A stretch of DNA of 64,000 nucleotides from Alphaproteobacteria bacterium. GTDB lineage: Bacteria > Pseudomonadota > Alphaproteobacteria > JAJFIK01. A program made the translations under genes and the position numbers. The notes under the pieces are model-generated. The model was not told the DNA's origin. It searched no databases and saw nothing but the letters and a program-made list of their open reading frames with translations. Location: NCBI GenBank assembly GCA_050331455.1, contig JBHJGV010000015.1:7697-71696 (forward strand). Direction: 5' to 3'. Within the stretch, counting starts at the first letter, position 1, and each line of letters opens with the position of its first letter. Shown one piece after another: positions 38,655 to 48,544 of the stretch.

Positions 38655-38810
38655 CGCTGTCCCTCCCTGATCCCCATAGGTCTTGTGCATGCGCTCGATG
38701 CGGTTTGGGGAGCCATGCTCGGGCGCCGGATTGACCAAGCGCTGCGCCCGTCCTAAACCCCAAGACTAAGATAATGCACGACACGCCAAGAGGGCCAACG
38801 GACAAAAGGC

Positions 38811-39428
38811 ATGGTCAATACACTGTTAGAAAACAATCGCCGCTGGGCCAAAGATCGGGTGGACCAGGATCCCCAATTTTTCGACCGGCTCGTTGAGGTC
38901 CAGACCCCGCGCTATCTGTGGATCGGCTGTTCCGACAGCCGCGTGCCGGCGAATGTGATCGTGGGCCTGGAGCCCGGGGCGATCTTCGTCCATCGCAATG
39001 TGGCGAATATCGTCCACCCGACCGACCTGAACTGCCTCACGGTGCTGCAATATGCGGTCGATGTGCTGAAGGTGAACCAGATCCTGGTCTGCGGCCATTA
39101 TGGCTGCGGCGGCATCCAGGCGGCCCTCAACGATATCCGCGACGGAATGCTGCCCTATTGGCTGCGGCCCGTGCGCGATGTCATGGACCGCCATGTGGCC
39201 GATCTGCGGCGCCTGGAAGGGCAGGCCCGGCTCAACCGGCTGTGCGAACTCAATGTGGAGACACAGGTGCGCCAGGTGGCCGAAACGCCCATCTTGCAGG
39301 ACGCCTGGGCACGCGGACAGGACGTGGAAGTCCATGGCCTCGTCTACGACCTCCATGACGGTTTGTTGCGCAAGCTGGATTGCAGTTGGACGCCCCGCTC
39401 CGTCGCCGCTGCCGCCCGGGAGGGTTGA
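38811..39428 (+). CDS. Beta-class carbonic anhydrase
   Basis: Zinc ligand motifs CSDSRV and HYGCGG. Confidence 0.92.
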   Translation: MVNTLLENNRRWAKDRVDQDPQFFDRLVEVQTPRYLWIGCSDSRVPANVIVGLEPGAIFVHRNVANIVHPTDLNCLTVLQYAVDVLKVNQILVCGHYGCGGIQAALNDIRDGMLPYWLRPVRDVMDRHVADLRRLEGQARLNRLCELNVETQVRQVAETPILQDAWARGQDVEVHGLVYDLHDGLLRKLDCSWTPRSVAAAAREG

Positions 39429-39516
39429 GCCCCTTCGGCCAACCCATTCCCGCCCAAACCTGTCCGCCCGCCAGACCTGGCCGCTTGCCAGACTTGGCCG
39501 CCCAAAGGAGCCTCCC

Positions 39517-40944
39517 ATGACCCAACCCGCCACCCGCAGCGCCGCTGCACGCCGCTCCGATGACCTGTCACGGGTGCTTGATGCCGCCGATGCGGGCCTC
39601 GAGGCGAGCCTTGACCGGCTGTTCCAGCTCATGCGGATCGAAAGCGTGTCCACAGATCCGGCCTTTGCGCCGAAGGTGCGGGACGCGGCGGACTGGCTGG
39701 CGGCGGAACTGGGCGCCCTGGGCTTCACGGCCGAGGTGCGCCCGACCCGGGGTCACCCCATGGTGCTGGCCCGGTGGACGGGCAAGGGCGCCGAACCGCG
39801 TCCACGCGTCCTGTTCTACGGTCACTACGATGTTCAGCCCGCGGACCCCGTCGAGCTGTGGGAGGCGCCGGCTTTCGAACCGCGCCTGGTCAAGGGTCCG
39901 GACGGGCAGCAGATCGTCGGTCGCGGTGCGTCCGACGACAAGGGTCAGCTCATGACCTTTATTGAGGCCTGCCGGGCCTGGATTTCTACGACAGGGGATC
40001 TGCCCGTCGACGTAACCATCCTGCTGGAGGGGGAGGAAGAGACCGGCAGCCCCAGCCTTGAGCCCTTTTTGGATGAAGCACAAAATGATCTGCAGGCGGA
40101 TGTCGCCCTGGTCTGCGACACGGCCATGTGGGACCTCGACACACCGGCCGTGACGACCAGCTTGCGCGGCATGGTGGTCGACGAAGTAACCGTCACGGGC
40201 CCATCGCGGGATCTCCATTCCGGCTTTTTCGGCGGCGCAGCGCGCAATCCCATCCATGTCCTTTCCCGGATCATCGGCGATCTTCATGGGGCGGATGGCC
40301 GCATCCAGATCCCCGGATTTTATGATGGGGTCGAGGACCTGCCGTCTGAGCTTAAGGCCCAGTGGGACGGGCTCGGCCGTACGGACGCGGATATGCTGTC
40401 GGATATCGGCCTTAACGTCTGCGCCGGAGAAGCGGGGCGCAGCGCGCTGGAGATGACCTGGGCGCGGCCCGCCTGCGACGTGAACGGCATCTGGGGCGGC
40501 TACACCGCGGAAGGCAGCAAGACCGTGATCCCGGCCGAAGCATCCGCGAAAGTCTCCTTCCGCCTCGTCGGTCAGCAGGATCCCCAGGCGATCCGGCAGG
40601 CCTTTCGTGCCTTCGTTGAGGCGCGTCTGCCGGCGGACTGCGAGGCCCGCTTCAAGGCCTACGGAGCCAATCCGGCCCTGTCGCTCGCCACGGACAGCGA
40701 GCCCCTGCGCCGTAGCCTGGGCGCCCTGCAGGACGAATATGGCAAACCGGCCGTGACCATCGGCTGCGGCGGCTCCATCCCCATTGTCGGCTCTTTCAAG
40801 ACAATGCTCGGGCTCGACAGCCTGATGGTCGGCTTCGCCCTCGAAAACGACCGGATCCATAGCCCTAACGAGAAGTACGAACTCAAGAGCTTCCACAAGG
40901 GCATCCGCTCCTGGACCCGCATCCTGGAAGCCCTGGCCGGGTAA
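39517..40944 (+). CDS. M20-family peptidase (dipeptidase / ArgE-DapE-ACY1 superfamily)
   Basis: M20 catalytic and dimerisation domains (HYDVQPAD, GRGASDDKG, EGEEETGS). True start MTQPATRS at 39517; the upstream part of the track ORF overlaps the carbonic anhydrase in another frame. Confidence 0.88.
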   Translation: MTQPATRSAAARRSDDLSRVLDAADAGLEASLDRLFQLMRIESVSTDPAFAPKVRDAADWLAAELGALGFTAEVRPTRGHPMVLARWTGKGAEPRPRVLFYGHYDVQPADPVELWEAPAFEPRLVKGPDGQQIVGRGASDDKGQLMTFIEACRAWISTTGDLPVDVTILLEGEEETGSPSLEPFLDEAQNDLQADVALVCDTAMWDLDTPAVTTSLRGMVVDEVTVTGPSRDLHSGFFGGAARNPIHVLSRIIGDLHGADGRIQIPGFYDGVEDLPSELKAQWDGLGRTDADMLSDIGLNVCAGEAGRSALEMTWARPACDVNGIWGGYTAEGSKTVIPAEASAKVSFRLVGQQDPQAIRQAFRAFVEARLPADCEARFKAYGANPALSLATDSEPLRRSLGALQDEYGKPAVTIGCGGSIPIVGSFKTMLGLDSLMVGFALENDRIHSPNEKYELKSFHKGIRSWTRILEALAG

Positions 40945-40979
40945 GCCGCCCTGGGCAGGCCCCTTGGCCAGCGAACGAC

Positions 40980-42095
40980 ATGATGAGCGCCTCCCAAACC
41001 CTCGATATCTTCATCGCGGCGCCTCCGGGGCTCGAGCCGGTTCTGCGTGAGGAGGCAGTGGAGGCGGGGTTCGGCGATGCGCAGGGTGTTCCGGGCGGCA
41101 TTACGATCAAAGGGGATTGGCCGGCGGTGTGGCGAGCCAATCTGATGCTGCGGGGGGCGTCCCGCGTGCTCGTCCGTGTGGGAGCGTTTCCGGCCCAGCA
41201 TCTGGCGCAGCTCGACAAGCGGGCGCGGCGCCTGCCCTGGGCCGACCTGCTTGCAAGAGATATCCCGATCTCGGTGGAAGCGGTCTGCAAAGGCTCGCGG
41301 ATCTATCATTCCGGCGCGGCCGCCGAGCGGGTCGCCAAGGCCGCCACCGCCATCGCCGGAGCACGCACCGGCCCCGAAGCGCCGCTGAAGCTCCTCGTCC
41401 GCATCCAGAACAATCAGTGCACCATCAGTCTCGATACGTCCGGCGACCTGCTGCACAAGCGCGGCTTCAAGCAGGCCGTGGGCCCCGCCCCGCTGCGTGA
41501 AACCCTGGCGGCGCTCCTCCTACGGATGTGCGGCTATCGGGGCACCGAGCCCGTCATGGACCCCATGTGCGGCTCCGGCACGTTCATTCTGGAAGCCGCC
41601 GACATGGCCCTCGGCCTTCATCCCGGCCGTGCGAGGACCTTTGCCTTCGAAAAGCTGCCGAGTTTCGATGCGGCCGCTTGGGACGCCCTTAAAAGCGCGG
41701 TGCCGAGGACGCCGCCGGCGTTCCGCTTGACCGGATCGGACCGGGACCGGGGCGCTGTCACCATGGCCCGGGCCAACGCCGCCCGCGCCGGCCTCACCGC
41801 GATCACCGCGTTCTATCAGCACACGGTGAGCGACCTACCGCGTCCGGATGGCCCGCCCGGCCTTGTCGTGGTCAACCCCCCCTATGGCGCGCGCCTGGGC
41901 GATGCAAACGCCCTGAAGGCGCTTTATGCAGCCCTGGGACGCACCCTGAAGGAACGGTTTGCCGGATGGCGCATCGGGCTCATCACCAGCGAGCCGGCCC
42001 TCGCCAAGGCGACTGCCCTGCCCTTCCGCGTCCCCGGCCCGCCCGTGCCCCATGGCGATCTGCGCATTCGCCTGTACCAGACCGGCCCTTTGTAA
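40980..42095 (+). CDS. THUMP-domain class I SAM-dependent RNA methyltransferase (RlmL/COG0116-like)
   Basis: N-terminal THUMP region, SAM motif MDPMCGSGTFILEAA and NPPYG catalytic motif. Confidence 0.82.
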   Translation: MMSASQTLDIFIAAPPGLEPVLREEAVEAGFGDAQGVPGGITIKGDWPAVWRANLMLRGASRVLVRVGAFPAQHLAQLDKRARRLPWADLLARDIPISVEAVCKGSRIYHSGAAAERVAKAATAIAGARTGPEAPLKLLVRIQNNQCTISLDTSGDLLHKRGFKQAVGPAPLRETLAALLLRMCGYRGTEPVMDPMCGSGTFILEAADMALGLHPGRARTFAFEKLPSFDAAAWDALKSAVPRTPPAFRLTGSDRDRGAVTMARANAARAGLTAITAFYQHTVSDLPRPDGPPGLVVVNPPYGARLGDANALKALYAALGRTLKERFAGWRIGLITSEPALAKATALPFRVPGPPVPHGDLRIRLYQTGPL

Positions 42096-42220
42096 AGATC
42101 CGCAAAACAGTGCTGCCCGGACAGGCGCTAGGGGCAAAAAAAAGCAAAAGTAAAAAAGGGTTGAACGGGTTGCCGGGCTGGTGTTTTCTGCGCGGCCCTC
42201 GCCAAATCTGGGAGAACCCC

Positions 42221-44152
42221 ATGCTGCGCACGCTCTTCACTCCCGTCGAGCCGCCCCGCTGGTTGCGCTTTTATGAACGATTCATTCCGGCCGATCCGCC
42301 GCGGGAGCATGATCCTTCCACCATGCCGGAGCATTTCACTGATCTGAAGCCGGCGGACGATCTGCCCGAAACGCCGGCCGGATTTGCCTTGTTCGTGATC
42401 CGAAACCATTTCGCTGGCAGGATCCTGCTGCTTTATGCCGCCGTCATCCTGGCCATCACGGCGGAGAGCTTTACCCCATATGCCCTGAACGGCCTTGTCG
42501 ACAGTCTCGGCCTTGTCGCCGAAGGCGACGATGGGGCCAGCGGCACGGCCCTGACCTGGTTCCTGGTCCTGGGCGGACTGTGGCTTGCCACCGATTTTTT
42601 CTTCCGGACCTATGATGCCCTCGACATCTATCTGTCGCCGCGCATGAGGGCCCTGAGCCAGAAATATCTGTTTCGCTATCTGCTGGGCCATGCCCCGCGC
42701 TATTTCCAGGACAATTTCGCCGGCCGGCTTGCCCAGAAGGTCCACAGCGCGGCCCAGGCCATCAATGCCCTCACCTGGCTGATCGTCCGGGAGCTGACTC
42801 AGGTTCTGGTACTCCTGTCGGTCAGTCTGGTGCTGCTGACCCTGGAAACGCCTCTTCTCGCGGTCGTTCTGGCGGTCTGGACGGTGATCTATCTGTTCCT
42901 GGCGGCCTTCCTTGCCCGCCATTGCAGCGTGCTGTCAAAGGATCTGGCGAACCGGAAATCGTCCCTGTCGGGCAAGATCGTCGATTCCATCGGCAACAAT
43001 GACGTGGTGCGCGCCTTCGCCGGTTCCCGCCATGAGCGCAGCTATGTCAGCCATTACTGGATGCGGGAGATGGTTGGCTCCATGACCTTCCGCTGGTACC
43101 TGACCATCATGCGGGGCACCCAGAGCATTGCCATGTGGGTGCTGAATATCGCCCTGATCGGCCTGTCGATCCGCGAAGTCCTGCTGGGCGCCATGTCCAT
43201 CGGCGCCTTTACCATGGTTTTCGTGCTGGTCACCCTGATCAGCCGGGCCCTGCGCCAGATCTCCTTCCAGATCCTCGATTTCTTCGAATATTACGGCAAT
43301 CTGGCGGAGTCCCTCGAAGTGATCAACGAGCCCCAGGAAATCAGGGAAAAACCAGGCGCGAAGCCGCTGCGCGTGACCGAGGGCGCCATCCGGTTCGAGA
43401 ATGTCGGTTTTGCCCACCGGGACGGCACGCCGGTGTTCCGCAATCTGAATCTCGACATCGCACCGGGCGAGAAGGTTGGTCTCGTCGGCCGGTCGGGCGC
43501 CGGCAAGAGCACGCTCGTCAAACTGTTGCGCCGCCAGTTCGATCCCCAGCAGGGCCGTATCCTGATTGACGGCCAGGACGTGCGGGATGTGACCTGGGAT
43601 TCCGTCAATGAGGCCGTGGCCGAAGTGCCCCAGGTGCCGGGCATCTTCCACCGCTCCATCCGCGACAATATCCGCTATGCCCAGCCCGACGCGGACATGG
43701 CCACCGTGGAGCATGCCGCCCATCTATCCCATGCGGATGAATTCATCACCCGGCGGCGCACGTCCTACGACACGATGGTCGGCGAGCAGGGCATCAAGCT
43801 GTCCGGCGGGGAGCGTCAGCGGGTGGCCATCGCCCGGGCCTTCATGAAGGATGCCCGCATTCTTGTGCTGGATGAGGCAACATCCGCCCTCGATTCGGAG
43901 GCGGAACAGATGATCCAACAAGCCCTGTTCAACCTGATGCAGGGGCGCACCGTCATCGCCATCGCCCATCGCCTGTCCACGATCACCGGCCTTGACCGGA
44001 TCATCCTGCTGGAGCACGGCGAGATCATCGAGCAGGGCAGCCATGAGGACCTGGTGGCCCGGGGCGGCGCCTATGCGCATCTGTGGAGCATCCAGGCCGG
44101 CGGCTTTGTGGGCATGGAGGACGAGGGCGGCACGCTCGGCGGCGCGGCATAG
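42221..44152 (+). CDS. ABC transporter, fused permease/ATPase (type I exporter, MsbA-like)
   Basis: Six-TM domain followed by an NBD with Walker A GRSGAGKST, signature LSGGERQRVAIARA and Walker B ILVLDEATSALD. Start at MLRTLF (42221). Confidence 0.92.
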   Translation: MLRTLFTPVEPPRWLRFYERFIPADPPREHDPSTMPEHFTDLKPADDLPETPAGFALFVIRNHFAGRILLLYAAVILAITAESFTPYALNGLVDSLGLVAEGDDGASGTALTWFLVLGGLWLATDFFFRTYDALDIYLSPRMRALSQKYLFRYLLGHAPRYFQDNFAGRLAQKVHSAAQAINALTWLIVRELTQVLVLLSVSLVLLTLETPLLAVVLAVWTVIYLFLAAFLARHCSVLSKDLANRKSSLSGKIVDSIGNNDVVRAFAGSRHERSYVSHYWMREMVGSMTFRWYLTIMRGTQSIAMWVLNIALIGLSIREVLLGAMSIGAFTMVFVLVTLISRALRQISFQILDFFEYYGNLAESLEVINEPQEIREKPGAKPLRVTEGAIRFENVGFAHRDGTPVFRNLNLDIAPGEKVGLVGRSGAGKSTLVKLLRRQFDPQQGRILIDGQDVRDVTWDSVNEAVAEVPQVPGIFHRSIRDNIRYAQPDADMATVEHAAHLSHADEFITRRRTSYDTMVGEQGIKLSGGERQRVAIARAFMKDARILVLDEATSALDSEAEQMIQQALFNLMQGRTVIAIAHRLSTITGLDRIILLEHGEIIEQGSHEDLVARGGAYAHLWSIQAGGFVGMEDEGGTLGGAA

Positions 44153-44200
44153 GGGCCAGCAACAACGCCGACGCATGATCCGTGCAGGACGTCGAGGACG

Positions 44201-44620
44201 TCAGGCCGCGTCTGCAGCGGCGTCCTCTATGGCTTCCATTTCCGCATCAGACAGGCCGAAATGGTGGCCGATCTCATGGATGAGCACATGGGTGACAAGG
44301 CCCCCGAGGGTCTCCTCCCCTTCCGCCCACAGATCGAGGATCGGTCGGCGGAACAGGAACACCATGTCCGGCGTCCCACCACTGTCCTGGACGCTTTTCT
44401 GGGTCAGGTCGACACCGTGGTAAAGGCCCAGAAGGTCATAAGGGCTTTCCAGGTCCATGTCATTGATCGTGTCCTCGCCGGGAAAATCCTCGACCTGGAT
44501 CACAAGATTGCCGCACCGTTCCCGGAAGGCTTTCGGCAGGGTCAGGAACATTTCCTCGGCCAGATCTTCCATATCGCTGAGATCCGGCGCCAGCCATTCG
44601 CGCCATCCACGCTCACTCAT
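44201..44620 (-). CDS. Small zincin-like metallopeptidase-family protein (HEIGHHFG motif)
   Basis: HExxH motif LIHEIGHHFG. About 140 aa from MSERGWREW. Confidence 0.7.
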   Translation of the reverse strand: MSERGWREWLAPDLSDMEDLAEEMFLTLPKAFRERCGNLVIQVEDFPGEDTINDMDLESPYDLLGLYHGVDLTQKSVQDSGGTPDMVFLFRRPILDLWAEGEETLGGLVTHVLIHEIGHHFGLSDAEMEAIEDAAADAA

Positions 44621-44748
44621 TACACACTCCATAAGACCGCCGGCCCGACCGGGGATCACCCCAACCGTCGCGCCGCATAGCACCCTTGGCGTCGCCGGGC
44701 AAAGGCTCTATGTCCGAGCCGTCACTTAATGGTGAAAAGGACGGATCC

Positions 44749-45036
44749 ATGGCAACGAAACTGACCGACGCCGAACGCGCGGATGTTCTGGCAGGGCTTG
44801 ACGGCTGGACCCCCGTGGACGGGCGGGACGCCATCAAGAAGACCTTTACGTTCAAGAACTTCAACGAGGCCTTCGGCTTCATGACCCGCATCGCGATGGT
44901 GGCCGAGAAAATGGACCACCATCCCGAATGGTTCAATGTCTACAAGACCGTCGAGGTGACCCTGTCGACCCATGACGTGGGCGGCTTGAGCGAACTCGAC
45001 ATCAAGATGGCCAAGGCCATGGACGCCATGGCCTGA
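44749..45036 (+). CDS. phhB: Pterin-4a-carbinolamine dehydratase
   Basis: About 95 aa with the PCD/DCoH signature [22 protein letters not shown]. Confidence 0.9.
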   Translation: MATKLTDAERADVLAGLDGWTPVDGRDAIKKTFTFKNFNEAFGFMTRIAMVAEKMDHHPEWFNVYKTVEVTLSTHDVGGLSELDIKMAKAMDAMA

Positions 45037-45051
45037 CCGGGGCGGACGCGC

Positions 45052-45837
45052 TCAACGCGGTGCCATGCGGATGGCACCGTCGAGGCGGATGCTTTCGCCG
45101 TTCAGCATGCCGTTTTCGCAGATATGGCGGGCGAGCTGGGCGTATTCGTGGGGCTCGCCGAGGCGGGCCGGGAACGGCACCTGGGCGCCGAGGGCCTGTT
45201 TCACATGGTCCGGCGCGCCCTGGAGCAGGGGCGTGTTGAACAGCCCCGGCAGGATTGTGTTCACTCGGATGCCCTCCCGGCTGAGGTCCCGCGCGATGGG
45301 CAGGGTCATGCCCACAATGCCGCCCTTGGAGGCCGAATAGGCCGCCTGGCCGATCTGGCCGTCCTGGGCCGCGACGGAGGCGGTGTTGACCACAACACCG
45401 CGTTCGCCGTCCGCGGTGACCGGATCGAGGGTCAGCATGCCGGCGGTCGCGTGGGCGATGCAGCGGAAGGTCCCGAGCAGGTTCACCTGGATGACGAAAT
45501 TGAACTGGTCCAGCGGGTGGGGTTTGATCTCACCGGATTTCTTGTCCCGGGACGCGGTCTTCACGGCGATGCCGATGCCGGCGCAGTTGATCAGGATCCG
45601 CTCCTGTCCCAGGGCGGCACGGGACTTTTCAAAGCCGGCCACGACACTGTCGTCCTCGGCCACATTGACCTTGCAGAACACACCGCCCAATTCTCTTGCA
45701 ACGGCTTCGCCCTTTTCCTCGTTGAGGTCGAACAGGGCCACACGAACGCCCCTGCTGGCGAGTTCGCGGGCCGTCGCCTCGCCGAGGCCCGAAGCGCCTC
45801 CCGTAATGACGGCGGTGATAGAGGTGCTGAGATCCAT
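45052..45837 (-). CDS. SDR-family oxidoreductase (3-hydroxyacyl-CoA dehydrogenase type-2-like)
   Basis: TGGASGLG cofactor motif, NCAG, catalytic YSASKGG. Convergent with phhB with a 15-nt gap. Confidence 0.88.
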   Translation of the reverse strand: MDLSTSITAVITGGASGLGEATARELASRGVRVALFDLNEEKGEAVARELGGVFCKVNVAEDDSVVAGFEKSRAALGQERILINCAGIGIAVKTASRDKKSGEIKPHPLDQFNFVIQVNLLGTFRCIAHATAGMLTLDPVTADGERGVVVNTASVAAQDGQIGQAAYSASKGGIVGMTLPIARDLSREGIRVNTILPGLFNTPLLQGAPDHVKQALGAQVPFPARLGEPHEYAQLARHICENGMLNGESIRLDGAIRMAPR

Positions 45838-45899
45838 GACGTGTCCCTTTCAAGTGTACGGCCGTTATTCTTTCGCCCCCCGCCCCGCCGCATGCGGCG

Positions 45900-46379
45900 A
45901 TGGGGGCCAGACATCAGAGATTTATCATGGGCAGGTCTGAAGAAAATGGCGAGGGGGGCTCTGCGGATCGTCCGCGGCTCGGGGACCTGACGGACCCGCG
46001 GGTCAACCTGCCCGCCACGGTGGAGCGGAACGAGAGAATCGTGCGGAACGGGTTTTGGACCAAGCTGCGCCGGCTGATGGGGCGTATTCCCTTCGCGGAG
46101 GATCTGGTGGCGGCCTATGTTTGCGCCTTCGATCCGGCCACGTCCTGGCGCGTCAAGGCGATCCTGCTGACGGCACTGGCCTATTTCGTCCTACCCATCG
46201 ATTTCCTGCCCGACATCATCCCCGGCCTCGGCTTTACCGACGATGCAGCCGTTCTGGCCACCGCCTTGAAGATGGGCGCGGACGCCATCACGCCCGCCCA
46301 CCGGTCAAGGGCCCGCGAGATGCTCGGACGCGGCCCGGACGGCGACGACCGGGGGATGGGGGACCAGGCCGTTAGGTGA
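45900..46379 (+). CDS. DUF1232 (YkvA-family) membrane protein
   Basis: PIDFLPDIIPGLGFTDDAAV matches the DUF1232 core. Confidence 0.7.
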   Translation: MGARHQRFIMGRSEENGEGGSADRPRLGDLTDPRVNLPATVERNERIVRNGFWTKLRRLMGRIPFAEDLVAAYVCAFDPATSWRVKAILLTALAYFVLPIDFLPDIIPGLGFTDDAAVLATALKMGADAITPAHRSRAREMLGRGPDGDDRGMGDQAVR

Positions 46380-46435
46380 GGCGCCGTGCGGGGCCAAGGA
46401 TGCACCGGCGCAAGCCACAGCGTGGCAGGGGATCC

Positions 46436-47446
46436 CTACCCCTTCGCCCGCGCCTCGCGGATGGTGATGTAGAGGGTGGAGGCGACGATGATCAGGGCGC
46501 CGGTGATGGTCCAGATGTCCGGGACATTGGCGAACAGGAAGAAACCGAACACGGCGGCAAACAGGATCCGCGTGTAATCGAGGGGCGCCAGTGCCGTGGC
46601 ATCGGCCATGGAATAGGCCCGGATAAAGCAGTTATGGGCCACGACGCCCACCCCCCCCATCACGACGATCAGGACCGCCTCGCTCCAGGTGGGTGTCGTC
46701 CATAGAAAAAAGGTCGGGATCGCTGTCAGGACCGATCCGATGATCGCCGAATAGAGCAGCAGCGAAAGTGCACTGTCCGTACGCGACAGCACCTTCACGC
46801 AGGTGACGCCGAGCGCGAGGGACGCTGCGCCGCCGAGCCCAACCAGGGCCGCCGGCTCGAAACTGCCGGTCGGCCGCATGACAATCAGTACACCGACAAA
46901 ACCCACAAGGGTTGCGATGAGCCGGCGCGGCCCCACCACCTCCGACAGAATGAGCATGGCGAGCGGCACCACGAACAGGGCGCGCGAGAAACTGATGGTC
47001 GTCGCATCGGCCAGGGGCAAATTGGCGATGGCGTAGAAATTGCCCATCATGGCGCAGGATCCGGCGATCCCCCGGACCAGATGCAGGCCCGGCCGTATGG
47101 TGTGAAAACCGGCGAGCCCCGATTTCCACAGCACGAAGGGAAGGATGAAGACAAATCCGAGCACGGATCGGAAAAAAGCGACTTCGAGTGGGTGGAGCCG
47201 GTTGCCCAGGAATTTCACCAGCACCTGCATCACGGTAAAAAGAAAGGCCGATGCCAGAAGCCACAGGGCGCCCTGGGACGTGGGCGAAAGGCCCGCCCAG
47301 AACCCGCTGGCGCGCCCACCGAGACCGAGCGCCCGCGATATCCCATGGGCCTCGGGCACCGCTGCTTCAACATGGTGCGGATGGTCCGCCTGGGTCGTTT
47401 TCTCGTCCCTCATCCTTTGCCCCGCCGGGCGGGGCACTCCTTTCAT
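46436..47446 (-). CDS. EamA/DMT-family transporter (second copy in the window)
   Basis: Ten TM helices with two EamA repeats. Confidence 0.85.
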   Translation of the reverse strand: MKGVPRPAGQRMRDEKTTQADHPHHVEAAVPEAHGISRALGLGGRASGFWAGLSPTSQGALWLLASAFLFTVMQVLVKFLGNRLHPLEVAFFRSVLGFVFILPFVLWKSGLAGFHTIRPGLHLVRGIAGSCAMMGNFYAIANLPLADATTISFSRALFVVPLAMLILSEVVGPRRLIATLVGFVGVLIVMRPTGSFEPAALVGLGGAASLALGVTCVKVLSRTDSALSLLLYSAIIGSVLTAIPTFFLWTTPTWSEAVLIVVMGGVGVVAHNCFIRAYSMADATALAPLDYTRILFAAVFGFFLFANVPDIWTITGALIIVASTLYITIREARAKG

Positions 47447-47510
47447 CTTTTGCCCGTCCGCTTTGCCGGCGATATCCGCAGAACCGGCCCCGTGGACACT
47501 GCCGCCCGTC

Positions 47511-48482
47511 CTACTCGGACACCTTCTTCATCAAAGACTGGAACGCGAAGGTCACGATCTGGTCCCCATTGATGAACGCCGCCCACGCCTCGTTGTAGTC
47601 GGCCATCAGGTCCATGGCCTTGATCTCTTCGAGCGACTTTCCCTTGCGCGCCTCGGCCATCACGCGGGTGCGCACGGTGTCAAGGACAGCGCGGGCGCGG
47701 GCAAGCGCTGCTTTGTCCGCCAGCGGACCGTGGCCGGGGATGATCTTGGTGTCCGGACCAGCCATGGCCAGAACCATATCATGGGCCGCGATCATGCCGT
47801 TGATGTTGCCGCCGGAGGACAGATCGATGAACGGATAAAAGCCGTTGAAGAACGTGTCGCCCATATGAATGACGTCGGCATCGGGGAAATGGATGATCGT
47901 ATCGCCGTCCGTATGTGCCGAGGGCACATGCACAAGGCGGATCGTCTGACCATTCAGGTAAACAGTCATGTCTTCAGAATAGGTGATCACCGGAAGAGCT
48001 CGCGGCGGCGCCGGCGGCACATTGCGGCCATAGGCTTCGATCAGAGTGCCCGCCGCCATCCGGGAGCGGACATTATCGTGGGCGACCAGGGCGGCGCCGG
48101 CACCGGCCATGTTCTCGTTGCCGCCCGTGTGGTCGAAATGCCAGTGAGTGTTGGCCACATACCGCAGCGGACCATCGTCGAGCTTTGCCACGGCCGCGAG
48201 GATCTTCTCGGACAAAGGCGCATACTGATCATCGATCATGAACACGCCGTCCGGGCCGGTCAGCACGCCGATATTGCCGCCCTGGCCCGTGAGCATGTGG
48301 ATGCCGCCGGTCAGCGCCTGGGACTTGATCTGGACAGCGGCGAAGCGGTCCTGCTGGGCGGCGGCTTCCTCCGCCTTCGCCTCCTCGGCCATCCGGTGGG
48401 CAGCGGCCGGCGCCGCGCAGGTGAGGGCGATGATGATACCGGCGAGGCATGGGCCGAACATGGTCCCTGAATGCATGGCCAT
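47511..48482 (-). CDS. Secreted MBL-fold metallo-hydrolase
   Basis: Signal peptide (MAMHSGTMFGPCLAGIIIALTCAAPAAA). HxHxDH motif THWHFDHTGG. Confidence 0.85.
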   Translation of the reverse strand: MAMHSGTMFGPCLAGIIIALTCAAPAAAHRMAEEAKAEEAAAQQDRFAAVQIKSQALTGGIHMLTGQGGNIGVLTGPDGVFMIDDQYAPLSEKILAAVAKLDDGPLRYVANTHWHFDHTGGNENMAGAGAALVAHDNVRSRMAAGTLIEAYGRNVPPAPPRALPVITYSEDMTVYLNGQTIRLVHVPSAHTDGDTIIHFPDADVIHMGDTFFNGFYPFIDLSSGGNINGMIAAHDMVLAMAGPDTKIIPGHGPLADKAALARARAVLDTVRTRVMAEARKGKSLEEIKAMDLMADYNEAWAAFINGDQIVTFAFQSLMKKVSE

Positions 48483-48544
48483 TCTCCTTGTCTGGTCTGG
48501 TCCCCTGCGAACGGGAACGCAGGCGCGAGAGGGGCGCCGGTCGG

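Noticed and set aside
39100-44152. Long N-terminal extensions of the M20 peptidase (from 39100) and the ABC exporter (from 41966)
   Set aside because: The conserved family N-termini start at internal ATGs (39517 and 42221). The extensions overlap the preceding real genes in another frame.
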